Source of the DNA: an uncultured Verrucomicrobiales bacterium
GTDB taxonomy: Bacteria > Verrucomicrobiota > Verrucomicrobiia > Verrucomicrobiales > Akkermansiaceae
Direction of reading: 5' to 3'
DNA: 64,000 bases
NCBI GenBank assembly: GCA_937930235.1
Contig: CALGLJ010000008.1
Location: 23 to 64,022 of the forward strand
How positions within the stretch are numbered: the stretch's first letter is position 1; each line of letters opens with the position of its first letter. The position numbers were made by a program, and so were the translations under genes. The notes beneath the pieces were generated by a model, which did no database searches, was not told the DNA's origin, and saw only the letters and a list, made by a program, of their open reading frames with translations. Positions 1-11,852 of the stretch are shown in pieces.

Positions 1-1
1 C

Positions 2-136
2 ATCTTCACCAACAAACGCCGCAACCGACTCAAGGTTCTTTATTACGACCGCACCGGCGTCTGCATTTTGATCAAACGTCTCGAAATCGGAACCTTCTCC
101 TGGCCCAAGCCCAGTCAATTTTTGTGTCAGGCATAA
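2..136 (+). mobile_element. IS66-family accessory protein TnpB (Orf2) fragment; 5' end lies outside the window, C-terminally truncated, no transposase follows
   Basis: Frame +2 reads [44 protein letters not shown]. The R..K.LYYD..G.C...KRLE.G.F.WP core is the IS66 Orf2 signature as I remember it. The TAA at 134-136 comes roughly 35 aa early, and no tnpC-like ORF follows in 137-546. Confidence 0.7.
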
Positions 137-546
137 TTTAAGTCTGCTGGTTCTCAATCCCTGTATCTATCATGGTTTTGCGACGGATTGGGTGGAGTAG
201 ATTGGCGCAGGAAAAGTCGTAATGGAGGGGGCGTAGGCGTAATCCTGTCGGCGAAATGAGTTCACCCAAGCTGTCGTGCAAACGGCCGTTCCGTCACGCC
301 ACCTGCCAATTTTACGGCAGCAAGGCATATTTTAACCTGATGGCCTCTGGAATTGCGTGGCTCAATACCAGTCACAGCACTTTGCGGGAATATCGGACGA
401 GTTCCTTACGTCCGGCAGGATAGCGCGGGCATTCGGGTTTTTTGTCAAATTATTGGGGGGCGTCTCTGCAATTTGGTTGAGACAGGACTGAAAAGAGAGC
501 AGGAGCCCTGACTTGACCTCACAGAAAGCGTGGGCATAATGCAAAT

Positions 547-2685
547 ATGGAACGAAATACCACCGTCTCCCTCAAGAAAATTTATGTTTTATCTCTTATG
601 ATATTTGGTCCGACGATGGATTCATTATCGGCACAAGAGATTCTGAAAGAGCGTGGAAGCTCATGGGACTACCTTTTCTATCAGTCGGCTGCGATGCCTG
701 CAGACCCTGAGACGATCGATGCGGATTTCCACACGACGTGGAATGGAGCGAGTGCTAGTTTTGACAATGACTATGACGGCCCCCAATTCCTGACCGGAGA
801 TGCCCCTCTGGGTTATGGAGAAGTGCCAACAAATGCGTTTCCGACCACTAATGTGTGGGATCTCAATGACGTGACGGCGTCGCCTCCCTCGGGCACTCGT
901 CTGGCCGCGATGTATTTACGAACAACCTTACCCGCACCTACGAACGATGTGACGGTGCTAACTTTCACCGGGGTGATCGATGATGGGGTCATCATTTATG
1001 TCAATGGGGACAGGGTAAGATCTGAGTTGGTGACTCCTCCAGATGATCTTGCCGCTTCGACTTGGGCCCTCCAGGCGACTGATCAGGGGAATGAAAATAT
1101 GGACAAATCAGTCAGAGTTCCCGGTCTCTTCCTCAACGCAGGGTTCCCGATTGATATTGCGATTTCGGTGCATAATTCATCTGATACAGGGAGTGATTTG
1201 ATGTTAGATGTCGAAGTCGAGGCATTTGAATCGGATGGGCCACCCAACGATGATTTTGCCAATGCGCAGTTACTGACGGAATTGTTGAATACCACCGGCG
1301 TTGAATTTCCCATCATGGTGGACACTTCCAATGGGGACTTTGGTCTTGGTGCTGGACGCGAGCAGGGTGAGCCGGATCATGCGGGAAATGCCGGAGGAGG
1401 ATCAATTTGGTATCGCTATGAAGCATCTGGTTTCAATCGAAGAGTTTGGGTGAACGTGGCAGAGTCAAATTTTGATACTCTCCTCGCAGTTTATACTGGT
1501 GATGCCGTAGATAATTTAACTCCGGTGAGAACATTCCCAAATTGGCCTGATTCTCCCGATGCTGCGAGTTCACGAGATTCCGCGCCTTTTGGAGAAGGAG
1601 CTCGGGTGGAGTTTGATGCCGTGTCCGGTGAGACTTATTACATCGCAGTGGATGGGGCAGATGGGAGCTTTGGAAGTCTGGAACTCACTTATGGTAATGC
1701 GTTTACGGGAATCGGTCCTGATAATCCTAATGATAACCCACAATTAAATGCGGTCTTTGAAGGGATGGACCCGGTGGATGAGTTGGTCGGACCAGGTGCG
1801 AGTTGGGAGTTTCTCCTGCACACCGACGTCGATACTCAACCGAATGATCCGGCATTGGTGGATTCCGATTTTTTCGGAGTCAATGGGAATCCTGGTTGGC
1901 AAACTGCCGCTGGTTATGATGGACCTATTTTTGGAATGGCCGCCGCTCCTTTGGGCTATGGAACGATCAACGCCTTGGCGATGAATGGTTCGAATATGGC
2001 AATTTCTGGGGAATCAAATATTTGGGGAAACCGAGATCACGATGGAGATGGGGAACTCGATTCTTCGCCACCTAGTGATGCTCGTTTCACTGCATATTTC
2101 CGGACCACCTTTACTCCGGATCGAGAAATCTCAGATCTCGCGGTGTATGGGCTTTTGGATGATGGCGCGGTGATTTACATCAACGGAGTAGAGGGTGCTC
2201 GTATTAATATTGCGGATACTGCAGATGTGAATGATTGGCAGCTTCTTGCTGAATCTGTCAGACCTAAAAATCGTTCCACTGAGGCTAACCCGCAAGCAGC
2301 AGTGATTCGCGGCTTGAATTTAGCAGCAAATGAGCCGGTAGAGGTTGCGGTGAGCTTACACAATGCGGAAAGCACCAGTTCCGATCTGGCCTTGAATCTT
2401 CAAATTTTTGAACAAGCGTCACCGGAGGTTGTTGAGCCACCGATGACAGGAGATCGTCCTGTTTTAGCGATTTCTCCTACGACAGCGGATGGGGCCTTTG
2501 ATCTGAATTGGGTCTGGGAACCAGGAGTAAACTTCGAAGTGCAGTTTAGCCCAGTGTTAGAGAATCCTACTTGGACTGCTGTTGCAGAAGCAACGGTGAC
2601 TGAGGATAATGGGAGCTATTCGGCTAGTGTCTCAGTGCCATTTGGAGTGAACCCAGTCGGTTTCTACCGAGTCGAGGAACAATAG
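547..2685 (+). CDS. Secreted multidomain protein of unknown function (duplicated 'DDGxxIYxNG' beta-sandwich-like module flanking an 'NDDFANA...YYIAVDG' module)
   Basis: 712-aa ORF with a hydrophobic signal-like N-terminus (YVLSLMIFGPTMDSLSAQE). Residues ~30-230 and ~400-620 are paralogous (YLRTTLPAP..FTGVIDDGVIIYVNGDRV versus YFRTTFTPD..YGLLDDGAVIYINGVEG). The middle module reads NDDFANAQLL..GEPDHAGNAGGGSIWYRY..FDTLLAVYTG..YYIAVDG. No catalytic motif recognised. Confidence 0.75.
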   Translation: MERNTTVSLKKIYVLSLMIFGPTMDSLSAQEILKERGSSWDYLFYQSAAMPADPETIDADFHTTWNGASASFDNDYDGPQFLTGDAPLGYGEVPTNAFPTTNVWDLNDVTASPPSGTRLAAMYLRTTLPAPTNDVTVLTFTGVIDDGVIIYVNGDRVRSELVTPPDDLAASTWALQATDQGNENMDKSVRVPGLFLNAGFPIDIAISVHNSSDTGSDLMLDVEVEAFESDGPPNDDFANAQLLTELLNTTGVEFPIMVDTSNGDFGLGAGREQGEPDHAGNAGGGSIWYRYEASGFNRRVWVNVAESNFDTLLAVYTGDAVDNLTPVRTFPNWPDSPDAASSRDSAPFGEGARVEFDAVSGETYYIAVDGADGSFGSLELTYGNAFTGIGPDNPNDNPQLNAVFEGMDPVDELVGPGASWEFLLHTDVDTQPNDPALVDSDFFGVNGNPGWQTAAGYDGPIFGMAAAPLGYGTINALAMNGSNMAISGESNIWGNRDHDGDGELDSSPPSDARFTAYFRTTFTPDREISDLAVYGLLDDGAVIYINGVEGARINIADTADVNDWQLLAESVRPKNRSTEANPQAAVIRGLNLAANEPVEVAVSLHNAESTSSDLALNLQIFEQASPEVVEPPMTGDRPVLAISPTTADGAFDLNWVWEPGVNFEVQFSPVLENPTWTAVAEATVTEDNGSYSASVSVPFGVNPVGFYRVEEQ

Positions 2686-2695
2686 TGTTTCAAGC

Positions 2696-3613
2696 ATGAC
2701 GATTGAAGTGGTGGGCTTTGGCTTGGCCGGAGCCTGCCTTGCAATCCAGCTTACAAAACTTGGAGCCATCGTTCGGGTCACGGATGATGGCTTTTTAGGC
2801 AGCACTGCGGTCGCAGCGGGTTTGGTTAATCCTGTTACGGGCAAAAATTTTCAACCGAGCTGGCGCTTATCGGACTTCTGGCCGGAGGCGCAATTATTTT
2901 ACCAATCTCTGGATGAATCGCTCTATCATCCCATGCCGATCTTTCGGCGTTGGATGGATGATCGAGATAAGTTTCAAAAAAAATATGACACCGTCGCCCC
3001 GTGGATTGCGGAGGTGTCTGAGGAGGGGGTGACTTGGAAAGAGGGGGGCTGGCTGGAGACGCGGCGCTTTCTGGAGGTGGCTCGTGCTTGGCTTCTGGAG
3101 CAGGGGGTGAGCTTTGAGCCTGGCTGCTCTGACTCTGAGGTGCAAGTCCGCTGCGGTGGTTCGGCCGCATTACGAAAGCGAGAATTTGCCAAAATCGACC
3201 ATCGTTGTGCAAAAGGTGAGATTCTCACCGTGACGATTCCTGATTGGCAAGAAGACTACATTTTGACCGGAGGCGGATGGCTTATTCCAATTGGAAATGA
3301 AAAATACCGAGTCGGGGCGACATACGCTTGGGATGGTCTCGATTCTGGCCCTACCGAAGAAGGTCGTGAATGGGTCGAGCGTATTTTACGAAATTTCACG
3401 AAACGTGATTATGAAATTTGTGACCACCAGGCCGGAGTTCGACCGATTATTCGAAAGAGCCAGCCGGTCCTCCATTATGAAGAAGAGCTGGGTTGGCTAT
3501 TTAATGGACTGGGCTCCAAAGGGGTGATCTACGCGCCTCGGGTTGCGAGACAACTGGCCGAGCATTTGTTAGATGGCAAGGCGTTCGATCCAGATCTTCG
3601 GCTTTCAATTTGA
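2696..3613 (+). CDS. FAD-dependent oxidoreductase (DAO/glycine-oxidase-like)
   Basis: N-terminal dinucleotide-binding motif VVGFGLAGACLA (GxGxxG). C-terminal HQAGVRP..NGLGSKGVIYAP is typical of DAO-family flavoproteins. 305 aa. Confidence 0.7.
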   Translation: MTIEVVGFGLAGACLAIQLTKLGAIVRVTDDGFLGSTAVAAGLVNPVTGKNFQPSWRLSDFWPEAQLFYQSLDESLYHPMPIFRRWMDDRDKFQKKYDTVAPWIAEVSEEGVTWKEGGWLETRRFLEVARAWLLEQGVSFEPGCSDSEVQVRCGGSAALRKREFAKIDHRCAKGEILTVTIPDWQEDYILTGGGWLIPIGNEKYRVGATYAWDGLDSGPTEEGREWVERILRNFTKRDYEICDHQAGVRPIIRKSQPVLHYEEELGWLFNGLGSKGVIYAPRVARQLAEHLLDGKAFDPDLRLSI

Positions 3614-4231
3614 TTTGCGTGAACGCAGGCCCTGTAAGGTCTTTCCTTCCGCTTCCCATTGAATTTGGAAATCAGTCTTGGGGTAAAAAAAGGCGTCATC
3701 CGGCCAAGTAAGTCTTTCTAAAGCAGAATAGTTCGTGAGCTGTTCCTCGGACCACTCGAAGTATTCAGAATGATCGGTCTTAAAGAGAAACTCGCCTCCC
3801 GGAATGAGAGTTCTGCTGACGGCCTTGAGGAAGGGTTCTTGGAAGAGTCTCCGCTTGTGATGCTTCGCCTTGGGCCATGGGTCGGGACAGAGGAGGTGAA
3901 GGCGGGAGATGGATTCGGCAGGTAAGAGCCACTCAAGAGTGTAGAGGCTTTCGAGTCGTAGCACTTTTAAATTACTCAAACCGAGCCGATCTGCCTTACG
4001 GCAGACCTTACGCACTCGCCCAAGAAGGCGTTCGACTCCGAGGAAATTGCGCTCGGGATAATGTTGAGCCATTTCTAGGAGAAAAGAACCATCCCCACAT
4101 CCCAAGTCCACTTCCAGAGGAGCAGCGTTTTCAAAGTAATCGCCGATGGTAATCTCCGCGAAATAGTCATGTGGAATGAGTTCGCAAGGCTCTGCCGGAC
4201 GATCATAAGAGGTGACGGGGATGGCTTCCAT
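3605..4231 (-). CDS. trmB: tRNA (guanine-N7)-methyltransferase
   Basis: SAM-binding VDLGCGDGSFLLEMA and LLCPDPWPKAKHHKRRL motifs. I use the internal ATG (MEAIPV.., 4231) because the longer ORF to 4330 would overlap the 3' end of the upstream gene. Confidence 0.85.
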   Translation of the reverse strand: MEAIPVTSYDRPAEPCELIPHDYFAEITIGDYFENAAPLEVDLGCGDGSFLLEMAQHYPERNFLGVERLLGRVRKVCRKADRLGLSNLKVLRLESLYTLEWLLPAESISRLHLLCPDPWPKAKHHKRRLFQEPFLKAVSRTLIPGGEFLFKTDHSEYFEWSEEQLTNYSALERLTWPDDAFFYPKTDFQIQWEAEGKTLQGLRSRKSN

Positions 4232-4247
4232 TGAATGATGGAGAGGA

Positions 4248-5600
4248 TTAATTTGTGAGAGAGGTACGGACGCGATAGAAGATACGACTAGCAGTTGGGG
4301 GACGGGAAACTTGATAGAAAGTCGTATCAATTACTGTTCCACTCCGTGTTTGTGTTGCGAAGGGAATGGCGTTCCAGTTTTCGAGATCTGTACTACTCTC
4401 AATCACAAAGGTTGCGGAGTTATCGATGAATTTACGTCTCGGGTGTCTGAGGATCACAAAATTGTTGTCTCGAAAAGAGTCAACGGTCAGGAGATCTCGG
4501 GTTAAATTTTCTGGGCTAAGACCGAAAGCATAAATTTGGAGGTTCGTGATACCGTCTTCATCAGGATCTGCGAGTGCTCCGCTAATTTCAGGATTTGCTG
4601 CGTCTTCTTCTGAGAAGTTGTCAATTCTCCAGTCATCGTAACTCTGTAAAAATTCAATTCGAAAGATGTCTTGGACGGTATTTCCGATGCTGTCTTCTGC
4701 TTCGATGATGAATGTTTTGAGATTTCCAAGCTGAGGGTCGAGGTAGGTGACATTGAGCTGATTTCCCACGATCTCTCCAGAGATTGAGTCCGCTCCAGTT
4801 GCTTGCGCAATGCGACAAGTTAAATTGGTGTCGGTGCCCGCTTCACCTGCTGGGACTGCGATACGGCTGACCGAATCGAATACATAAAAGTCATCGATAT
4901 TGATCGTTTCAGGTGTGCTTGCTGCTTCGACAGGAACTGAGCTTTGGGCTCCTCCGTAATTGAAGCTGATAAATGCGTCAGGATTATTTAGGAGGAGTGC
5001 GTTGGGGAGAGTGGACTGTGAAATCCGTGCAAAAACAGTGAATCCACTATTTTGGAGATCGAGATTATCGGAGTTGTCTCCGAGGCTCACAAACCACTGA
5101 CTTGTCGCGGAATCAGGATTGTTTGCAGTTTTAGCCATGGAAATCGTGCCCAAGGTGTTCGAGACATTAAATTCGTTGACGATTGGTGGTTGAATTTCGA
5201 GCGGGGGAAATGCTACGAAATTAGAGTTCTGTATCTGGAAGATGTTGACCCCAAAACCACCCCCCTGAATGACGAAATTTTCTGCAATACGATGAATGAT
5301 GGTGTCGACATAATCTCCACGATCAACGTAGCCTAAAAAGTTTGTAACGGTTCCTGGGGCTCTATTTTTGAAGAGTAGGAAATCAAAATTTGAAGTAACG
5401 CGATTGCCACCGCGATCGTAGCTGGCCGTGAATCGAACGGCCTCATCCATAATTTCTTCAGTGCCAAACTTGAGCGGAATTGTGCGTGAGTTTGGGCTAA
5501 ATTTAACGGATTCTTGGATATCAGGGGTTCGTGCGTTGAGAACAGGCACCACCATGGACTGAGCAATGGCATGGTTGGCACAGAGAATTGCTACGATCAT
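4248..5600 (-). CDS. Cyclophilin-type peptidyl-prolyl cis-trans isomerase fused to a beta-rich region and a C-terminal surface-protein module
   Basis: Cyclophilin core: HRIAENFVIQGGGF, GTISMAKTANNPDSATSQWFVSL, FTVFARI. C-terminal 132 aa carry DPDEDGITNLQIYAFGLSP..VIESSTDLENW..IFYRVRT. The start is uncertain: the ORF runs to 5861 but would then overlap the divergent HAD gene. The ATG at 5600 gives a signal-like MIVAILCANHAIAQS. Confidence 0.75.
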   Translation of the reverse strand: MIVAILCANHAIAQSMVVPVLNARTPDIQESVKFSPNSRTIPLKFGTEEIMDEAVRFTASYDRGGNRVTSNFDFLLFKNRAPGTVTNFLGYVDRGDYVDTIIHRIAENFVIQGGGFGVNIFQIQNSNFVAFPPLEIQPPIVNEFNVSNTLGTISMAKTANNPDSATSQWFVSLGDNSDNLDLQNSGFTVFARISQSTLPNALLLNNPDAFISFNYGGAQSSVPVEAASTPETINIDDFYVFDSVSRIAVPAGEAGTDTNLTCRIAQATGADSISGEIVGNQLNVTYLDPQLGNLKTFIIEAEDSIGNTVQDIFRIEFLQSYDDWRIDNFSEEDAANPEISGALADPDEDGITNLQIYAFGLSPENLTRDLLTVDSFRDNNFVILRHPRRKFIDNSATFVIESSTDLENWNAIPFATQTRSGTVIDTTFYQVSRPPTASRIFYRVRTSLTN

Positions 5601-5681
5601 TCCTTTCACGGAGAGGACTCTGCACTGAATCTTGTTCAGATTGAAATTCCATTTTTTGCTTAATCTGAATATCCCGAGTCT

Positions 5682-6382
5682 GTGCGGGAACATGTCCTTT
5701 TCGATCTTGATCAAACTGTGGTACCTTGGGACACCCAACTTGTCTTTCGCAGTTACGTGTTGCGGCAAGAGCCGATCCGTCGATTGGGTTGTCTGATTTT
5801 CCCATTCTTTCTGCCATTTGCTAAAATTTTGGGGGCGGGAGGTCTGAAGCGGGTGTTTCATTGTTATCTATGGAGAATGAAACGTGAACGCCTTGAGGAA
5901 CTCGCGCAGCAGTTTGTGGATGAATGGCTTCCTTCGCTGACATACCCGGAAATCATTGCCGAAATTGAAACGCACCGAGAAGCAGGCCGGCAGGTGGTTC
6001 TTTCTTCTGCGAGTCCTGATCTTTGGGTGGAAAAGATCGGGACGGCTCTGGGTTTCCATCTCAGTCTGGGAACACGTTTCGAATGGAAAGATCAGGTCGA
6101 ATTTTTCCCCGATTTGATAGGGGAAAATCATAAAGGAGAGGAAAAAGTACGCCGCTTGGCCGAGCGGGGCATTACGGAAGGGTTTTCTGGATACAGTGAT
6201 TCCCGAGCGGATGTGCCACTCCTTCTCTTATGCGATCATCAGACCTTGGTGAATCCTCTCCCGGGAATTCGCGCGGAAGGAGAGCAGCGGGGGTGGTTTC
6301 TCATGGAGCCGAAGAAGCCGTGGAAAGATCGCCGCGCATTCGGGGTGGCGTGCACCTTGCAATTTTTTGGACTCTGGAAGCC

Positions 6383-6386
<4 letters not shown>
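5682..6386 (+). CDS. HAD-superfamily hydrolase, subfamily IB (SerB-like)
   Basis: HAD motif I LFDLDQTVV (DxDxT), motif II LSSASP, conserved Lys region GENHKGEEK, motif IV YSDSRADVPLL. GTG start. Confidence 0.8.
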
Positions 6387-9253
<2,867 letters not shown>

Positions 9254-9289
9254 CTATCCTTGCCATGATGCAGATCAAAGCCAATCCTC

Positions 9290-10216
9290 TTGGTGGTGAC
9301 CTTCTCACGGAATCAGGAACTCCCAATCGCTTTCTCATTAGCGCTGGCGATACACCTTGCCCTGATCCTGATGTTTTCCATTTTTGTGAGCTCGGCTAGG
9401 ACTGCTCAGGCTGGAACCAGCTCCTCGCCCCCGGAACCACCTTCAGATGAAATTACTCTTATTTTTGAAGAAGATGCACCCGTTGCCTTGGAGACGCCTT
9501 CCGAGGAGATGCTTCCGAGTCACCCGTCTGAGCGCGAGCAGAAACCAGGCTTTGCTGCAAGCGTGCAAAATACGGACCATTCTCCAGAAAATGCGTCATT
9601 GATCGGGGCGGCTCCCAGTGTGGCCACGAGTGATGAGCACGCTCTCGCTGGGAGTGATCAAGGCCCCGCGCTGTCAGGTCAACAAACCCCGAAAGCTGAT
9701 GTGAAGACCGTGGCTTCTCGCTTTGCCGAGCAGCCGGAAGCAACACCCGAGCGGACCCCTACTTTTGTGGAACCGAAGGTGGCAGATGAAATGGTCGAGG
9801 AAAAGGTGCCCGAAACTCAAGTGGAGGAAGTGAAAGAACCCAAGGAGGTGGAATCTCCAAAAACAGAGGTCCGGGGAGTCCTCAGCTTATCCGGAGAGGG
9901 CAGTCTCGACGTCCGGCAAACAGCGGTGGGGCGCTATCAAGACCAACTTTTTAAAATCATTGAAATCAAGTGGCAGAACAATCTCGAATCATACAAGGAG
10001 CATATTGCTCCCGGTCTCATTATTTATCGTTTTACCGTTGATCGGAATGGAAAGATCTCGCGCAAGCGACGTGTCGAGATGAAAGGAGCTTCACAGATTC
10101 AGTGGGGCCACGTCGTTCGTGATGTCGATTCTTCTGAAATTCCTCCCATGCCGAAGGAGGTCATCCGTGAACTCAAAGGCCAGCCGCTGGAACTTACCCT
10201 GACTTTTAACTACTAA
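9290..10216 (+). CDS. TonB-like energy-transducer protein
   Basis: N-terminal TM segment IAFSLALAIHLALILMFSIFV and an acidic Pro/Glu/Lys-rich linker (EEKVPETQVEEVKEPKEVESPK). A ~90-aa C-terminal domain sits directly upstream of exbB/exbD. TTG/GTG start. Confidence 0.55.
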   Translation: MVVTFSRNQELPIAFSLALAIHLALILMFSIFVSSARTAQAGTSSSPPEPPSDEITLIFEEDAPVALETPSEEMLPSHPSEREQKPGFAASVQNTDHSPENASLIGAAPSVATSDEHALAGSDQGPALSGQQTPKADVKTVASRFAEQPEATPERTPTFVEPKVADEMVEEKVPETQVEEVKEPKEVESPKTEVRGVLSLSGEGSLDVRQTAVGRYQDQLFKIIEIKWQNNLESYKEHIAPGLIIYRFTVDRNGKISRKRRVEMKGASQIQWGHVVRDVDSSEIPPMPKEVIRELKGQPLELTLTFNY

Positions 10217-10229
10217 CCCTCCTCTACTT

Positions 10230-10859
10230 ATGAGTTTGATTTTTGCCACCTCGTCCACCTGGGAGTTTATCCTCGCGGGGGGATTTTTCATGATCCTCTT
10301 GGGCATCTGCTCCCTCACGGCTGTGACGGTGATTTTTCTGAAATTGATCACACTCAAGCGTGATCGAGTTCTTCCGCGAAATTTGGAAGATGAGGTGGAG
10401 CGTTTCGACAAAAATCTCGATGTGGGAAAAGTGAAAATGTTAGAGAAAGCGTTTTCACAAGGAGATAACACCCTCGCTCGTCTTTGCTCGATTGCGGTGA
10501 CGCACTCAGATCGCCCTCAGATTGAAGTGAAGGAAAGGGTGCAGTCGTCGGCACGGGAAGAGATCGTGCAGATGAATTCGGGCCTCGCAATTTTAGAGGT
10601 CATCACCACCATTGCTCCGCTGTTAGGACTGCTCGGGACCGCAAGTGGATTAGTGAAAGTTTTTGGCGATTTAACCTCAAGAGAGGTGATCCAGAGTGGC
10701 ATCGCAACGGCTCTCAGCACGACCGTGGTGGGAATCGCCATTGCCGTGCCAGCGGTGATTGCACATAGTTATTTTAGTCGACGAATCGAGACCTTCGCCG
10801 TTCGCTTGGAGGTTCTGTTAAGCCGAGTTGTCTCCGCCTGCGATCAACGTTCTCAATAG
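10230..10859 (+). CDS. exbB: MotA/TolQ/ExbB proton-channel protein
   Basis: Three predicted TM segments. IAPLLGLLGTASGLVKVF and TTVVGIAIAVPAVIAHSYF are typical of ExbB/TolQ. Confidence 0.85.
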   Translation: MSLIFATSSTWEFILAGGFFMILLGICSLTAVTVIFLKLITLKRDRVLPRNLEDEVERFDKNLDVGKVKMLEKAFSQGDNTLARLCSIAVTHSDRPQIEVKERVQSSAREEIVQMNSGLAILEVITTIAPLLGLLGTASGLVKVFGDLTSREVIQSGIATALSTTVVGIAIAVPAVIAHSYFSRRIETFAVRLEVLLSRVVSACDQRSQ

Positions 10860-10870
10860 TCATTTGTCCG

Positions 10871-11302
10871 GTGGAATTTTACCATTCAAATAAGAAGCCC
10901 CTCACGGTCCCGATCGTTTCTCTGATTGATATCCTGGTGACCTTGCTCTTTTTCTTCATCGTCTCGATGAATAATATGGAGCAAAAACAGCCGCGTCCGG
11001 TCATGAAGGTGACTCTTCCTACCGCGACTTCGCAAAAGGTTCAGACGATCACCACGACGCGAACCGTTCTTTCTCTCGATACCAAAGGAACGGCTGAAAT
11101 CGACGGGCTTGTGGTTCCGGAAGGCTTCCTGACCGAATATCTCATTGCTAACAAAAGGCAGCGTCCTGATTTAAAACTCGAAATGCGGGCTGACGAGGCT
11201 TGCCCGTGGGGAGAAGTCTTAAAAGCACATGGCGCTGCGATCGAGGCTGGCTACTCTGCGAACGAAATCGTAAATCGAGTCCGCAAAAATCCGCAAAAAT
11301 AA
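10871..11302 (+). CDS. exbD: ExbD/TolR biopolymer transport protein
   Basis: N-terminal PIVSLIDILVTLLFFFIV TM helix followed by a periplasmic domain. GTG start. Adjacent to exbB. Confidence 0.85.
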   Translation: MEFYHSNKKPLTVPIVSLIDILVTLLFFFIVSMNNMEQKQPRPVMKVTLPTATSQKVQTITTTRTVLSLDTKGTAEIDGLVVPEGFLTEYLIANKRQRPDLKLEMRADEACPWGEVLKAHGAAIEAGYSANEIVNRVRKNPQK

Positions 11303-11306
11303 ATCG

Positions 11307-11852
11307 ATGGTTTTAGACATTACCCAATACGGAAATCCTGTTCTTCGTAAAAAGTGCCACCTGGTTGGAGAAGTAACCGACGAGCTCAAAGAGCTGGTGG
11401 AGAATATGATCGAAACCATGAAGAGCGCTGAAGGAATAGGAATTGCCGCCCCGCAAGTGAATGTCGATCTTCAGCTTGCGGTAGTCGACGTATCACATGA
11501 TCCCGAGTGTATCAGCTATCTCCGGATCGATGGAGAAGAGGCGAAGCTGGAGGAGGTGATGCCCCTCGTCTTTTTTAATCCCGAGCTGGAGTTTGGAAAA
11601 ACGAAAGAATCTGAGATGGAAGGGTGCCTCAGTATCCAGGGGATCAATGCTCAGGTGCGCCGCCCGACCGAAGTGAAAGCAAAGCTCCACCTCATGGATG
11701 GGCGCACGATTGTGCTCGAGACAGATGGGTTGTTTGCGCGCGCGATCCAGCATGAAACGGATCATCTCAATGGAGTTCTTTTTACCGATCGCGTCAGTCC
11801 TGCGAGTAAGCTTTCGGTTCGCCGAAAGCTTAAAAAATTAGTGGAAGGCTAG
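11307..11852 (+). CDS. def: Peptide deformylase
   Basis: All three Def motifs are present: GIGIAAPQV, EGCLS, HETDHL. Confidence 0.95.
   Translation: MVLDITQYGNPVLRKKCHLVGEVTDELKELVENMIETMKSAEGIGIAAPQVNVDLQLAVVDVSHDPECISYLRIDGEEAKLEEVMPLVFFNPELEFGKTKESEMEGCLSIQGINAQVRRPTEVKAKLHLMDGRTIVLETDGLFARAIQHETDHLNGVLFTDRVSPASKLSVRRKLKKLVEG

Noticed and set aside
362-544. 60-aa minus-strand ORF in the gap after the IS66 remnant
   Set aside because: It is at minimum length with no motif, no signal and no plausible start context. I could not relate it to an IS66 transposase or anything else.
2696-3613. Idea that the DAO-like oxidoreductase and the YtqB/MnmM-like methyltransferase (31533-32093) together replace bifunctional MnmC in mnm5s2U tRNA modification
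   Set aside because: The two genes are 28 kb apart, the oxidoreductase family assignment is only at fold level, and I cannot test specificity without searches. This is too speculative to report as a finding.
5601-5861. N-terminal 87-aa extension of the cyclophilin ORF
   Set aside because: It would overlap the start of the divergent HAD gene (5682) and encodes a hydrophilic stretch preceding what looks like the real signal peptide. I kept the shorter model but flagged the start as uncertain.
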